Shown: one piece after another, positions 55,418 through 64,000 of the stretch
Layout of the letters: each line of letters opens with the position of its first letter
Position numbering within the stretch: position 1 is the first letter of the stretch
Source: Candidatus Nitrospinota bacterium M3_3B_026
GTDB taxonomy: Bacteria; Nitrospinota_A; UBA7883; JBPRGF01
DNA length: 64,000 nucleotides
Assembly: GCA_051418015.1 (NCBI GenBank)
Contig: JBPRGF010000031.1
Span: 128,001-192,000, forward strand
Direction of reading: 5' to 3'
Made by a program: the position numbers and the translations under genes
Notes under the pieces: model-generated
What the model was told of the DNA's origin: nothing
Seen by the model: only the letters and a program-made list of their open reading frames with translations
Database searches by the model: none

Positions 55418-57190
55418 CTATGGCGAGGATTTTTCCATGCCGAAAGTCTCCCTCAAAAGCCTCAAAAGCTCCAGCGCCCTATGGGCGTAAGTATGGCGGG
55501 AGCTTATCACATCCGCGCCATTTTTCGCGATCCGCTCACGCTCCTGGCCGTTTTCCAGGTAGAACGCCGCCTTGGCGGCCAGCTCGTCCATGTCCCTGTA
55601 TGTCTCCACGCTCCCGCCGGGGGTCAGGATCTCCGAGACGGCCTCGGGCCCGTCCGTGAGCAGAAACGAGCCGCAGGCGGGAACGTCGAAAACCCTCTGG
55701 TTGACGGAGCGGAGAAGCTGGGCGTTGGAGACGTTGAGGTTCACCTTCGTGGCCCGGTAGACCTCCGCCAGCCCTTTACCGTAAGAGACCGGCGGATGGA
55801 GGGTGAAAGACGGCCCTAAAAACTTTTCCCAACCCTCATCGCCGAAGACGTGGGGCGAAAACCTTTCCAGGGCCGACAGCGCCTCCACTCTTCTTTTCTG
55901 GCTCCATCTGGACGCTATCGCCGCCTCCAGCGAGGCCAGCTCACCGCCGGTGTATCCTCCGCCCGCCGTCTCGCGCGCGACGATTTGTCCCAGGCGCGCA
56001 GGGGCGGACGGCGGCGGCGCGGACGTCAGCTTCTCATATATTCCGAGGAGCTCTTCGTGTTTTTCGATCTCCGCCAGGCGATGGTTCAAAATCTTCTCCA
56101 TCGAGTTTCCCACAAAGGAGACGCCGAACTTTTTTTCCGCGAGCCCGGCCGTGGGATGAAAAACGGTGGTGTCGGCGGCGTAGGGCAAATGGAAGACGTT
56201 TTCAAAACCCAACCGCCTCAAAGGCTCTATATAGGCGCCGTCCCAGACAAGGTACAGGCCGAACGGAGAGGCGTTCCACGAGCCGCCGCCAAGCAGGGGA
56301 AGGGGGTTGTCCACGAACCATGCGGCGTGGGGAATTCTGTGATAGGTGAAAAAATCGGCCAGGACACCGCCGAGGTCAAACCCTATCAGGTTTATGGAGA
56401 GCAGAAAGTCCGGCCGGAACCCGGCGGCCGCCCCGGCGAGCTGCCCCAGGAACCCGGTCTCACCCTCGCCTCTGATCTTCGCGGGGATCGTTTTCACCCG
56501 CGTCCCGGCGTTCCCGAGGGCGGCCCTGATCTCCCTTTCGATGAAAAAGCCGCCCTCCAGCAGGATGGCCCTGTACGGCTTCGATGCGAAACGGGGCCGC
56601 CGCATCGCCTCCTTCAGCTTCGGCATGGAGATTTTTTCGAGATATTCCACCGCCTCCATGATCTTCGGGAAAACCGTCCTGTACGGCGGATTCAGGTAAT
56701 AAAAGGTTTTATGATCTTTCGGCCCCACAAGCTCTTTCAGCCGCTCCATGAACGATGGCCCCACGATAAAGAAGGCGTCCCGGCGCCTGAAAAGCGGCGC
56801 GATCACGGCGTTTTCCATCGCCAGCCGGAAGATCTCGGCGGAGGGCTCGACGACGATGAGCTTCTGGCCCGGCGCCATCGCCTTCGCCGCCGCCGCGGGC
56901 AGGCTCCCAAGGCCCATCCCCAATATCACGACGCGCTCTTCCGCGCCGATATCGCCCCATGATGCGACGATCCTCTCCGCCTCCCTCTCCGGGCCGTAGG
57001 CGCTGTTGAAACTTATGACTTTTCCACCGGGGGCCTCGGCGCGCAGAACAAGGGCGTCCCTTTTCGCCGTCTCGACCCGCGCCGTCCCCGGCCCATCCGC
57101 CGGAGCGGACACCAGAAGAGAGGCCACCTCCTCGTGGTGTTTTCTCAGCGCCTCAAGGTTTTCGGCGTAAATCTTTCCGGGATCTTTCAT
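55418..57190 (-). CDS. CgeB/DUF3880-type glycosyltransferase with Maf-like N-terminal region
   Basis: ENLEAL...NSAYGPEREA...GMGLG; WFVDNP, LPYAAD, VSFVG, NQRVFDVPACG.FLLTD, HTYAHR. Confidence 0.75.
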   Translation of the reverse strand: MKDPGKIYAENLEALRKHHEEVASLLVSAPADGPGTARVETAKRDALVLRAEAPGGKVISFNSAYGPEREAERIVASWGDIGAEERVVILGMGLGSLPAAAAKAMAPGQKLIVVEPSAEIFRLAMENAVIAPLFRRRDAFFIVGPSFMERLKELVGPKDHKTFYYLNPPYRTVFPKIMEAVEYLEKISMPKLKEAMRRPRFASKPYRAILLEGGFFIEREIRAALGNAGTRVKTIPAKIRGEGETGFLGQLAGAAAGFRPDFLLSINLIGFDLGGVLADFFTYHRIPHAAWFVDNPLPLLGGGSWNASPFGLYLVWDGAYIEPLRRLGFENVFHLPYAADTTVFHPTAGLAEKKFGVSFVGNSMEKILNHRLAEIEKHEELLGIYEKLTSAPPPSAPARLGQIVARETAGGGYTGGELASLEAAIASRWSQKRRVEALSALERFSPHVFGDEGWEKFLGPSFTLHPPVSYGKGLAEVYRATKVNLNVSNAQLLRSVNQRVFDVPACGSFLLTDGPEAVSEILTPGGSVETYRDMDELAAKAAFYLENGQERERIAKNGADVISSRHTYAHRALELLRLLRETFGMEKSSP

Positions 57191-58170
57191 GAAAAAACAT
57201 GAGCCGCGGGGCCGCCGCGGGGCCCTCCGGCAGTTATGGCGCCCCACGCCTCGCGGATGGACTCCAGCTCTCTTTCGCGGGAGTAGTTCTCCCGGATGAA
57301 CCTCGCCGCCGCGGCGCCCTTTTCGGCCATGGCGGCGGGGTTCTCGCCGGCGAGGGAGAGGATTTCCTCCACGGCCCTGACGAAGCCCGTTATATCCTCC
57401 TGGGCCACCGGCCAGGAGAACTCCGGCCTGAAAAACTCCGCCCCTCCGCCGCCGTGGAACCCCGCGACCACGCATCCGCAGGCCATCGCCTCCGCCGGGG
57501 GCAACCCGAAACCCTCCGGGAAGCCGAAGCTCAGGAAGACCATCGCCTCGCCCAGGGCCGCCGCCACCTCCGCCTCGGGCAGACCGTCTATGGGGTGGAG
57601 ACGGAAGCCCCTCAGCGAGCGCCGGAACTTCAGCATGTTGACAACCTGGTTCACGGCGTGGGGGTTCTTGCGCGGCATGAAGGCTATCGTCTTTTTCTTC
57701 TCCGGGGCCGGGGCAAAAAGCCCGCTGTCTATCCCGTATCGGACGCGGTGGACGGGTATGCCCGGGAAGGCGAACCCGAGGTAATCCTTGCTGTCCTCGG
57801 AGACGGTGATGACGGCGGCCAGATCATCGCTCAGGTAGGGGCTTTTCATGTCGGCCGGGTCCAGCCCGTAGGCGTTGAAAGTATAGTAGCAGTTCTGATT
57901 GAAGATCACCTTGCGGACGCCCTTGGCCGTCTGTGTGAAGGCGGGGCCGACGAGCTCCGGCGCCGCGAGTATGTCGTCCGCCGCGAGGCTGACCGACGGG
58001 GTGTACTCTATCCTCGTCTTGTTTTCGAACCACGAGGCGCGGAAACCCGGCCTGTCGTGCAGGACGAAGGCCCGGTACCCGATCTCGTTCAGCGCGTCGA
58101 CGTGGCGGTATATCTGCTTTATTCCGCCGACCGGCCTGTCGTTGTCGAAGCAGTAGAAGTATATTCTCAT
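57187..58170 (-). CDS. Glycosyltransferase (GT4-like)
   Basis: PVGGIKQIYRHV, IAFMPRK, EGFGLPPAEAMACG. Confidence 0.88.
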   Translation of the reverse strand: MRIYFYCFDNDRPVGGIKQIYRHVDALNEIGYRAFVLHDRPGFRASWFENKTRIEYTPSVSLAADDILAAPELVGPAFTQTAKGVRKVIFNQNCYYTFNAYGLDPADMKSPYLSDDLAAVITVSEDSKDYLGFAFPGIPVHRVRYGIDSGLFAPAPEKKKTIAFMPRKNPHAVNQVVNMLKFRRSLRGFRLHPIDGLPEAEVAAALGEAMVFLSFGFPEGFGLPPAEAMACGCVVAGFHGGGGAEFFRPEFSWPVAQEDITGFVRAVEEILSLAGENPAAMAEKGAAAARFIRENYSRERELESIREAWGAITAGGPRGGPAAHVFS

Positions 58171-58323
58171 CCGTGAATCACCGCAGGGGCGAACCGTCCC
58201 CGGCGCCAGCGGCGCGCAAAGCCTGCCGCCGCCGGCCCTCGAGGACAATGGTACCACGGCGCTTCGCGGTCATCACGGCCGCGTCCCGCGCCCCGGAAAA
58301 AGCCTGCGCCGCCCCGGCGGGGC

Positions 58324-59481
58324 CTATCTCGCAGCCTCGCCGAGGGGGACGTGGGTCGATTCCGTCGCGGTGATCTCCGAATGGTAGCCGAGGAACGCCT
58401 CCACCTTCACGGAGACTTTGCCCGGGGGGGCGGCGCTGAACATGAAACGGACGACCCTCCGCTCCCTCGGCGCAAGGGAGGTGTTGGAGACCATCCTGGC
58501 GCCGTAAAGAAAAGCCTCGGCGTCGGTCTTGAGCCAGTTTCCATCCTTGTCGGCGATCTGCTTGCCGAAAGTTCTGATTTGCGTCACGGGGGTTGTCCCC
58601 TCCCCCTTGATGGTCACCTCCAGCGCCAGCCGCCGCGACGGCGCTCCGGTGGGGATGTTATGCCCGGCCTTGACGTTGGCGATGGCCACGTCGACGACGT
58701 AGCGGCCGCCCTCGGTTTTCTCAGCCTTCACCAGCTCCACGTCCACGGCCTCCGTCATCTGGTCGAGGTTGTGCGACAGGCCGTGGTCCGGGATGGTGTC
58801 GGCCTTGGGCGTCTTCACCGACGGGTCAACCGGCGCGCCGGGTATCTCGGACATGTGGCAGTCCTGGCACTGGACGCCCGCGGCGGCGTACTCGGAGTTC
58901 TTCCATTCCGTGTATGTCGCGCCGGTCTTCAGCCCGTTCCGGTTGGTCATCTCGTGGCAGGCGCCGCAAAGGGCGGCCTTGTTGAACCAGTCCGCATAGG
59001 CGGGCACGTGCGCCGCCGGGGTCTCTTCGTATGGTTTTTCAAATTGTCTCATGGCGGCTCTCTTTTTCCCGCCCACGTCAAGGTCGAAGGGCGCCTCCGG
59101 CCTGTCGAGATGAACGTCCTCCACGGTGTGGCAGAAGTCGCAGGTCACCCCCTCCCGGGTGATTTTCATTTCGGCGTCAAAATCGCCGGTGGAATAGGTC
59201 GTGGGGGCGTGGCATTTCAGGCAAAACTTCTTGGCCTCCCCTTTCGTCTCGAGGTAGGCGCGGCGGTAGGCGGTCATGAACACGGGGTTGGTGTGAGAAA
59301 GGGCGTGGAGAGAGTTTTTCCAGCTTTCGTAAATATCAGCGTGGCAATAAGAGCAGATCTCGGCGCTCGTGTACCCCTGACGGTCTATCTCCTCCGCCTC
59401 CGCCGTCACGGACGCCATCGCCGCCGCGATGACAAAAACAACGGCCCAAAGCGGCGCTATCCGCGCGATTTTTTCTCTCAT
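58324..59481 (-). CDS. Periplasmic pentaheme c-type cytochrome (c554/c552-like)
   Basis: Signal peptide; five CxxCH motifs (CSYCH, CLKCH, CDFCH, CGACH, CQDCH); AGHNIPTG Ig-like C-terminal part. Confidence 0.88.
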   Translation of the reverse strand: MREKIARIAPLWAVVFVIAAAMASVTAEAEEIDRQGYTSAEICSYCHADIYESWKNSLHALSHTNPVFMTAYRRAYLETKGEAKKFCLKCHAPTTYSTGDFDAEMKITREGVTCDFCHTVEDVHLDRPEAPFDLDVGGKKRAAMRQFEKPYEETPAAHVPAYADWFNKAALCGACHEMTNRNGLKTGATYTEWKNSEYAAAGVQCQDCHMSEIPGAPVDPSVKTPKADTIPDHGLSHNLDQMTEAVDVELVKAEKTEGGRYVVDVAIANVKAGHNIPTGAPSRRLALEVTIKGEGTTPVTQIRTFGKQIADKDGNWLKTDAEAFLYGARMVSNTSLAPRERRVVRFMFSAAPPGKVSVKVEAFLGYHSEITATESTHVPLGEAAR

Positions 59482-59658
59482 CTCCAAAACCCCCGATCAA
59501 AATCAGTTACGCTTTATCGCCGACTGGGCGGCTCCGCTCATAATATAAGCCCTTGCCCCAGGATCGCGCGGTTTTTCCCGCTCTTCCACTACCTATATGA
59601 TGCCCGACTCGCGTCATTGATGGCGGAAAATCACAAAAAATGATCGGGGTGATTAGTC

Positions 59659-59686
59659 TTGACTTGCCGAGGGGCTTATGTAAAAT
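59659..59686 (+). promoter_or_regulatory. Sigma70 promoter for the beta-barrel gene pair
   Basis: TTGACT-N16-TAAAAT 21 nt before ATG 59708. Confidence 0.55.
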
Positions 59687-59707
59687 GACACAGAGGTAAA
59701 TATTTAT

Positions 59708-60631
59708 ATGTCCTCTAGAATATTAATATTGATTCTTGCGGCGGCTCTTTTGCCGCAGGCTATCCCCATAGCGGCCGCGGCGCAGGGGGGCGAGCAGGTC
59801 GTAGAAGACGAGGTGTACCAGTACAACCCGAAGGAGTCCGCTCCTCCGCGTGGCCGTTACAAAAGCGCGGAAGCGGCGTCCTCCGGCCCGGCCCCATCGT
59901 CCCCGGCGCCGGGCGGGAACGGGGGGGAGCCCTACGGCGAGGATTTCGTCTTCGAGTTGCGGGGTTTTTACTGGATGGCGTCTCTTGACGCGAAGATCAG
60001 GGTCGACAGCGGCGAGCTTGAGGGGACGGAGTTGGACGTCGTCGAGGATCTCGGTTTCGACAGGACAAAAGGCGTCCCCGGCGCGGAGATGACCATAAAG
60101 TTTTTAGGCCGCCACAAGATAAAGCTCGATTACACACAGTTCACCTACTCCACCAGCGACATGGTGGAGAAAAGTTTTGTCTTTAACGGCGTGGAGTATC
60201 CGGCGGAAAGCCAGGTGGACGCTGAGATCGGCGTCTACTCCGTCCGGCTCGGCTACGAGTACGACTTTTACCGGAGCGCGGCCGGGTATATAAGCGGGCG
60301 GCTCTCCGGCGATTACCTTTACGCCCGGGCGTCGCTGGTCACGAACGACATCCTGGGCAACAAAGCGTCGTTGAGCCTTGTCGCGCCTACCCTGGCGGTG
60401 GCCGGGCGGTGGAACGCGGCGAGGTGGCTTTCCTTCACGGCGGATGTCTCCGGTGTGGCTTATGACAAGTCGAGCATATTCGACGGGGCCGTGTACATGG
60501 ACATAAACCCCGTCCCGTCGATCGGCTTCACCGTCGGGTGGAGAAGCATACTGGTGAACATAGACGTGGAGGAGAAAAAGTCCGAAGCGGCGTGGAGCGG
60601 TCTTTACGGCGGAGTGGCCATCAGGATATAA
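59708..60631 (+). CDS. Putative outer-membrane beta-barrel protein
   Basis: Signal peptide, amphipathic beta-strands, DLG motif, C-terminal GLYGGVAIRI. Confidence 0.65.
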   Translation: MSSRILILILAAALLPQAIPIAAAAQGGEQVVEDEVYQYNPKESAPPRGRYKSAEAASSGPAPSSPAPGGNGGEPYGEDFVFELRGFYWMASLDAKIRVDSGELEGTELDVVEDLGFDRTKGVPGAEMTIKFLGRHKIKLDYTQFTYSTSDMVEKSFVFNGVEYPAESQVDAEIGVYSVRLGYEYDFYRSAAGYISGRLSGDYLYARASLVTNDILGNKASLSLVAPTLAVAGRWNAARWLSFTADVSGVAYDKSSIFDGAVYMDINPVPSIGFTVGWRSILVNIDVEEKKSEAAWSGLYGGVAIRI

Positions 60632-60649
60632 AAGAGAGGAAAGGGGATC

Positions 60650-61393
60650 ATGAGAAGAAGAATTTTTCGCCTGGCGGTGGCTTTTGCGGGCGCGTTCGCG
60701 CTTGCGTTTCCCGGGGGATCGGCGGAGGGCACGCCTTCCAAGCAGATATGGATACCGTCGACCGACACCCAGCCCTACGGGACTTTTCACCTGGGGGTGG
60801 ACAACTACACAACCGTATTCAAGAAACAAGAAGACGGCGCCCACGCGAGCCCCACCATCATGGGTTTCACCGCCGGGATCGTCGACCGGGGCCCCATAGG
60901 CGCGGAGATCGGGATCGACCTGAAGGAGCCGACGGACTATCCCATATACCTGAACGGCAAGATACAGGTGAAGGAGGACTCCTTCTCCGTATATTTTCCC
61001 GCCATCGCCTTCGGCGTCTACGACTTCGGGACCCAGGAGGACGAGACCAACTTCAACATCATATACATGCTCGCCGCCAAGACCTTCCCCGTGGTGGGAA
61101 GGCTCTCGGCCGGCTACTACGTGGGCAACGAGAGCATGTTGAAGGACATAAACGGCGACACGGAGAACAACGGCGTCCTCGTCTCCTTCGACAGGACCCT
61201 GGCGGAGATAGACGACAGGCTATGGGTAGCCGTGGATTACATGGGCGGGGACAACGTCTACGGCGCGCTCTCCTTCGGCCTGTCCTGGAGGTTCGCCCCG
61301 AACATATCCGCCCTGATCGGCTACGATATATACAACGACAAGGACCTGGCCGGCGAGGACGCCATCACCGTTCAGTTCGACATCGACTTTTAA
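60650..61393 (+). CDS. Putative outer-membrane beta-barrel protein
   Basis: Signal peptide, IWIPSTD, alternating strands, terminal Phe (TVQFDIDF). Confidence 0.65.
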   Translation: MRRRIFRLAVAFAGAFALAFPGGSAEGTPSKQIWIPSTDTQPYGTFHLGVDNYTTVFKKQEDGAHASPTIMGFTAGIVDRGPIGAEIGIDLKEPTDYPIYLNGKIQVKEDSFSVYFPAIAFGVYDFGTQEDETNFNIIYMLAAKTFPVVGRLSAGYYVGNESMLKDINGDTENNGVLVSFDRTLAEIDDRLWVAVDYMGGDNVYGALSFGLSWRFAPNISALIGYDIYNDKDLAGEDAITVQFDIDF

Positions 61394-61424
61394 CTCAAAA
61401 GCGCCGCGCGGAGTTTTTTTCAGG

Positions 61425-61868
61425 ATGAGCGGAAAGCCGAAAATCGAAATATTCTGCGACGGCGCGTGCCGGGGCAACCCCGGCCCCGGCGGATGGGGCG
61501 CCATCCTGCGAGGCGGCGGCAGGGAGAAAAGGATCCGCGGATACAAGGCCATGACCACAAACAACGAGATGGAGCTGACCGCGGCCATAGAGGCGCTCAA
61601 GGCCCTCAAGACGCCGAGCAGCGTGACCGTCACCAGCGACTCCAATTACGTCGTGAAGGGCATGACGGAGTGGATACACGACTGGCGCAGGCGTGGATGG
61701 AAGACGGCGGCCAGGAAGCCGGTGAAGAACAGGGAGCTTTGGGAGAAGCTCGCGGAGGCGGCGTCCCGCCACGAGGTGCGATGGGCCTGGATCCGCGGCC
61801 ACAACGGCCACCCGGAAAACGAACTGGCCGACCGCCTGGCCAACGAGGCGATCGACAGGAGGAGCTAG
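61425..61868 (+). CDS. rnhA: Ribonuclease HI
   Basis: [48 protein letters not shown]. Confidence 0.97.
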   Translation: MSGKPKIEIFCDGACRGNPGPGGWGAILRGGGREKRIRGYKAMTTNNEMELTAAIEALKALKTPSSVTVTSDSNYVVKGMTEWIHDWRRRGWKTAARKPVKNRELWEKLAEAASRHEVRWAWIRGHNGHPENELADRLANEAIDRRS

Positions 61869-61872
61869 CGCG

Positions 61873-61944
61873 TGTCATGCTGAACTTGTTTCAGCATCTC
61901 AAAGCCTCGACAGCGCGAGACCCTGAAACAAGTTCAGGGCGCCA
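61873..61944. repeat. Inverted pair of palindromic REP-like units (copy E)
   Basis: TGTCATGCTGAACTTGTTTCAGCATCTC ... GAGACCCTGAAACAAGTTCAGGGCGCCA; each unit is itself a hairpin. Confidence 0.8.
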
Positions 61945-62029
61945 TCTCTTAGCTGCGGGCTTACTCCTTAAAAACCTTCCCGCCGCCCACCGCCGGGATG
62001 AAAACGGCGGCCCTGCCAAACGCGAGGCT

Positions 62030-63301
62030 CTATTTCCCCTCCTGCTCCCCTTCCTGCCCCTCCCCTTCCTCCGGCTCGATGCGCGGGTCGATCTCCATCG
62101 TGACCGGAGATGTCCTGGAAAGCGGTATGAACGCCGCGGCGCGCTCCTCCGGCGCTGGAGGGCGGATACGCAGCCTGTATAGGGCATAGAGGCCGCAGGC
62201 CAGGTACAGGACGGAAAGGAAACGCATCAACCCGCCCGGTCCGGCGATGTCCATGCTCACGCCGCCCGCGATCGGCCCGGCGAACGCGCCCGCGCCGAAA
62301 ATGAAAAGAGCCGCGCCGGTCCCCCCGAGGCGGTCTTCGGACCGCAGGTAGTCATGGATGTGAGCCACGCCCAGCCCGTAGAGGGAAAAGGAAAAAGCCC
62401 CGTAAAGAAAAGCCCCGGCCGCCGCGAGGGCCAGCGCGCCTTTCCCCACGGTGAAGGGAAGCGCCGCGGCGAAAACCGCCGCCAGGAGAAAAGAGGCGGC
62501 CATCACCCTGCGCCGGTCGCCCCGGTCGGACATTGCGCCGATGGGCCATTGGAGAAGAGCCGCCCCAAGCGGCGCAGAGGTCATGAAAACGGCGATCATG
62601 GTCCCTCCGCCGCCGGAAAGATGGACGTACACGGCCCCCAGGCCCCAAAAAGCCCCGCTCGTCATCCCGGCGGCGAAGGCGGCAACGGAGCCGAGGGGCG
62701 CGTTTTTCAGCAGGGTACGGGCGCGCGTTCTGAAGGCCGGCGCGGGCTCCGGCTGCGGAAAACGGGTCAGCGCCACGGGGATCAGCCCCAGCGAGAAGAG
62801 CGCCGCGCACAAACTGAAAAGCCTCTCCCACGAGCCGGACCCGAAGACCAGCGCCAGTTGGGAAAGCCCCATCGCGGCCATGAGCAGCGTGGTGTACCCT
62901 CCCAGCATTGCGCCCCTGTTCCTGTTCCCGATGGCCTCGTTGATCCACGTCTCCGCCACCATGTAAAGCCCCATCATCGAAAGCCCCGCCGCGAAGCGGA
63001 AGACGATCCACGCGAAAGCGTGAGGGACGAGCCCGTGGCCGGCGGCGGAGGCGCTGGCCAGCGCCGCGAAGGCGGCGAAAGAGCGGATATGGCCAACCCT
63101 TCGTATCACCGCCGGGCAAATATACATCCCCAGAAGAAAACCGGCGAAATAGACCGACGCCCCGGCCCCGACGAGGGCGGAGGTCGAAAACCCGGCTCTT
63201 TCGGCGGTGAGGGAGAACAGGGAGTTGAGCAGACCGGCGCCGGAGGCCTGTAGAGACATGCCGAGCAGGACGGCGCCCAGGGACAGGAAAAGCCTTTTCA
63301 A
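62030..63301 (-). CDS. MFS transporter (YcaD-like)
   Basis: About 12 TM helices, RRVGHIRSF, ETWIN, QWPIG.MSDR.DRR; TTG start with AGGAGG RBS. Confidence 0.9.
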   Translation of the reverse strand: MKRLFLSLGAVLLGMSLQASGAGLLNSLFSLTAERAGFSTSALVGAGASVYFAGFLLGMYICPAVIRRVGHIRSFAAFAALASASAAGHGLVPHAFAWIVFRFAAGLSMMGLYMVAETWINEAIGNRNRGAMLGGYTTLLMAAMGLSQLALVFGSGSWERLFSLCAALFSLGLIPVALTRFPQPEPAPAFRTRARTLLKNAPLGSVAAFAAGMTSGAFWGLGAVYVHLSGGGGTMIAVFMTSAPLGAALLQWPIGAMSDRGDRRRVMAASFLLAAVFAAALPFTVGKGALALAAAGAFLYGAFSFSLYGLGVAHIHDYLRSEDRLGGTGAALFIFGAGAFAGPIAGGVSMDIAGPGGLMRFLSVLYLACGLYALYRLRIRPPAPEERAAAFIPLSRTSPVTMEIDPRIEPEEGEGQEGEQEGK

Positions 63302-63322
63302 TCTCCTCCTTTGAACACACCT

Positions 63323-63349
63323 CGGGCCGGGCTCATGCCGCCCGGCCCG
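63323..63349. other. Perfect 10-bp hairpin between the dodecin and MFS genes
   Basis: CGGGCCGGGC-N7-GCCCGGCCCG; no U-tract on the coding strand. Confidence 0.5.
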
Positions 63350-63385
63350 TGAGAATCGCTTGATTCTCCCCTAGAAATCCGCCCA

Positions 63386-63589
63386 CTATTCCAGCAGGAA
63401 GGATATCTTCGCGTTTATCCTGTACTTCGTTATCTGTCCGTTCTCCACCTTGGCCTCGAAATTCTTGACGTAGATGGACTTGATGCCGCGCACCGAATGT
63501 CTGGCCTTGTCGATGGCGTTCTGCGCCGCGTCTTCCCAGTTTTTATCGGATTCGGCCAGGACTTCTATGACTTTCAACATTTCGCTCAT
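63386..63589 (-). CDS. Dodecin family protein
   Basis: KVIEVLAES.K.WEDAAQ.A...A..SVR.I.SIYV...YR.N.KISF. Confidence 0.9.
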   Translation of the reverse strand: MSEMLKVIEVLAESDKNWEDAAQNAIDKARHSVRGIKSIYVKNFEAKVENGQITKYRINAKISFLLE

Positions 63590-63727
63590 TTTTCGTGTTC
63601 CTCCCCTTTTCCTTTTAAACGATGGCTATAAGGTGTCCGCGCTCTTTATCCCGCGGAACTAATATACGGCCCCGAGCGCGCTCTTGGCAAAGGCCGGAAC
63701 CGGAAGTGTTCGCGGGAAGGCAGGCCT

Positions 63728-64000
63728 CTACCGCAGGTCCATCCTCCTTTTCTCGCCCGCCTCAAGGACGACGCGCTCGCTGTGGGGCGCCCTGCCCTTC
63801 ACCTGGACATGGACGATGTGTGAGCCGGCGGAAAGCTCGTCCAGAACGAGCTTTTGTTTTCTGTACTCCCTGCCATCGATGAAGATGACGCTGCCCGGCG
63901 GGACGACGATCTCCAGGCTGGCGCGGGCCTTCTCGGGCAGGACGGGAGCGGTCCCTTTCCCCTCCTCGCTTTCAAGCAGGGATACCTTGACCTGTTTTTT
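63728..64000 (-). CDS. 3' end of a PEGA-domain protein (truncated by the window edge)
   Basis: Not in the ORF track. Manual translation: ...ASLEIVVPPGSVIFIDG...ELSAGSHIVHVQVKG..HSERVVLEAGEKRRMDLR*. Confidence 0.6.
   Translation of the reverse strand, partial: KKQVKVSLLESEEGKGTAPVLPEKARASLEIVVPPGSVIFIDGREYRKQKLVLDELSAGSHIVHVQVKGRAPHSERVVLEAGEKRRMDLR

Overview
64 kb of GC-rich, densely coding chromosome from a diderm bacterium; the taxon cannot be fixed from sequence alone. Most of it is housekeeping: lnt, rodZ, nadB, an ntrC-glnE-dprA-topA-trmFO run, purM, a P-type ATPase, purF, dnaB, alr, initiator tRNA-Met, an EF-G paralog, glyS, dacB, recJ, crcB and rnhA. The main accessory block is about 12.6 kb (27.2-39.8 kb) between alr and the 3' end of tRNA-fMet, with a degenerate copy of the tRNA 3' end at its far edge. 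It holds an unusual ectoine locus: an EctR-like MarR, then a GIY-YIG-like small protein and a radical SAM/SPASM enzyme placed before ectABC. These are followed by an ectD lacking its catalytic core through an in-frame deletion, ehuBCDA, a methyltransferase, and a coupled sulfotransferase-MTase-MTase-GT4 cassette. Other oddities: a purine nucleoside phosphorylase with a long basic N-terminal tail coupled to rodZ; a zinc-ribbon-MotB fusion paired with a GspG-like lipoprotein; a 70-nt topA/trmFO overlap with a possible -1 frameshift signal; a Cys-less TusA-fold protein; and dispersed intergenic palindromic/MITE-like repeats. No CRISPR array, integrase or transposase was seen. All assignments come from motif recognition by eye, not database searches.
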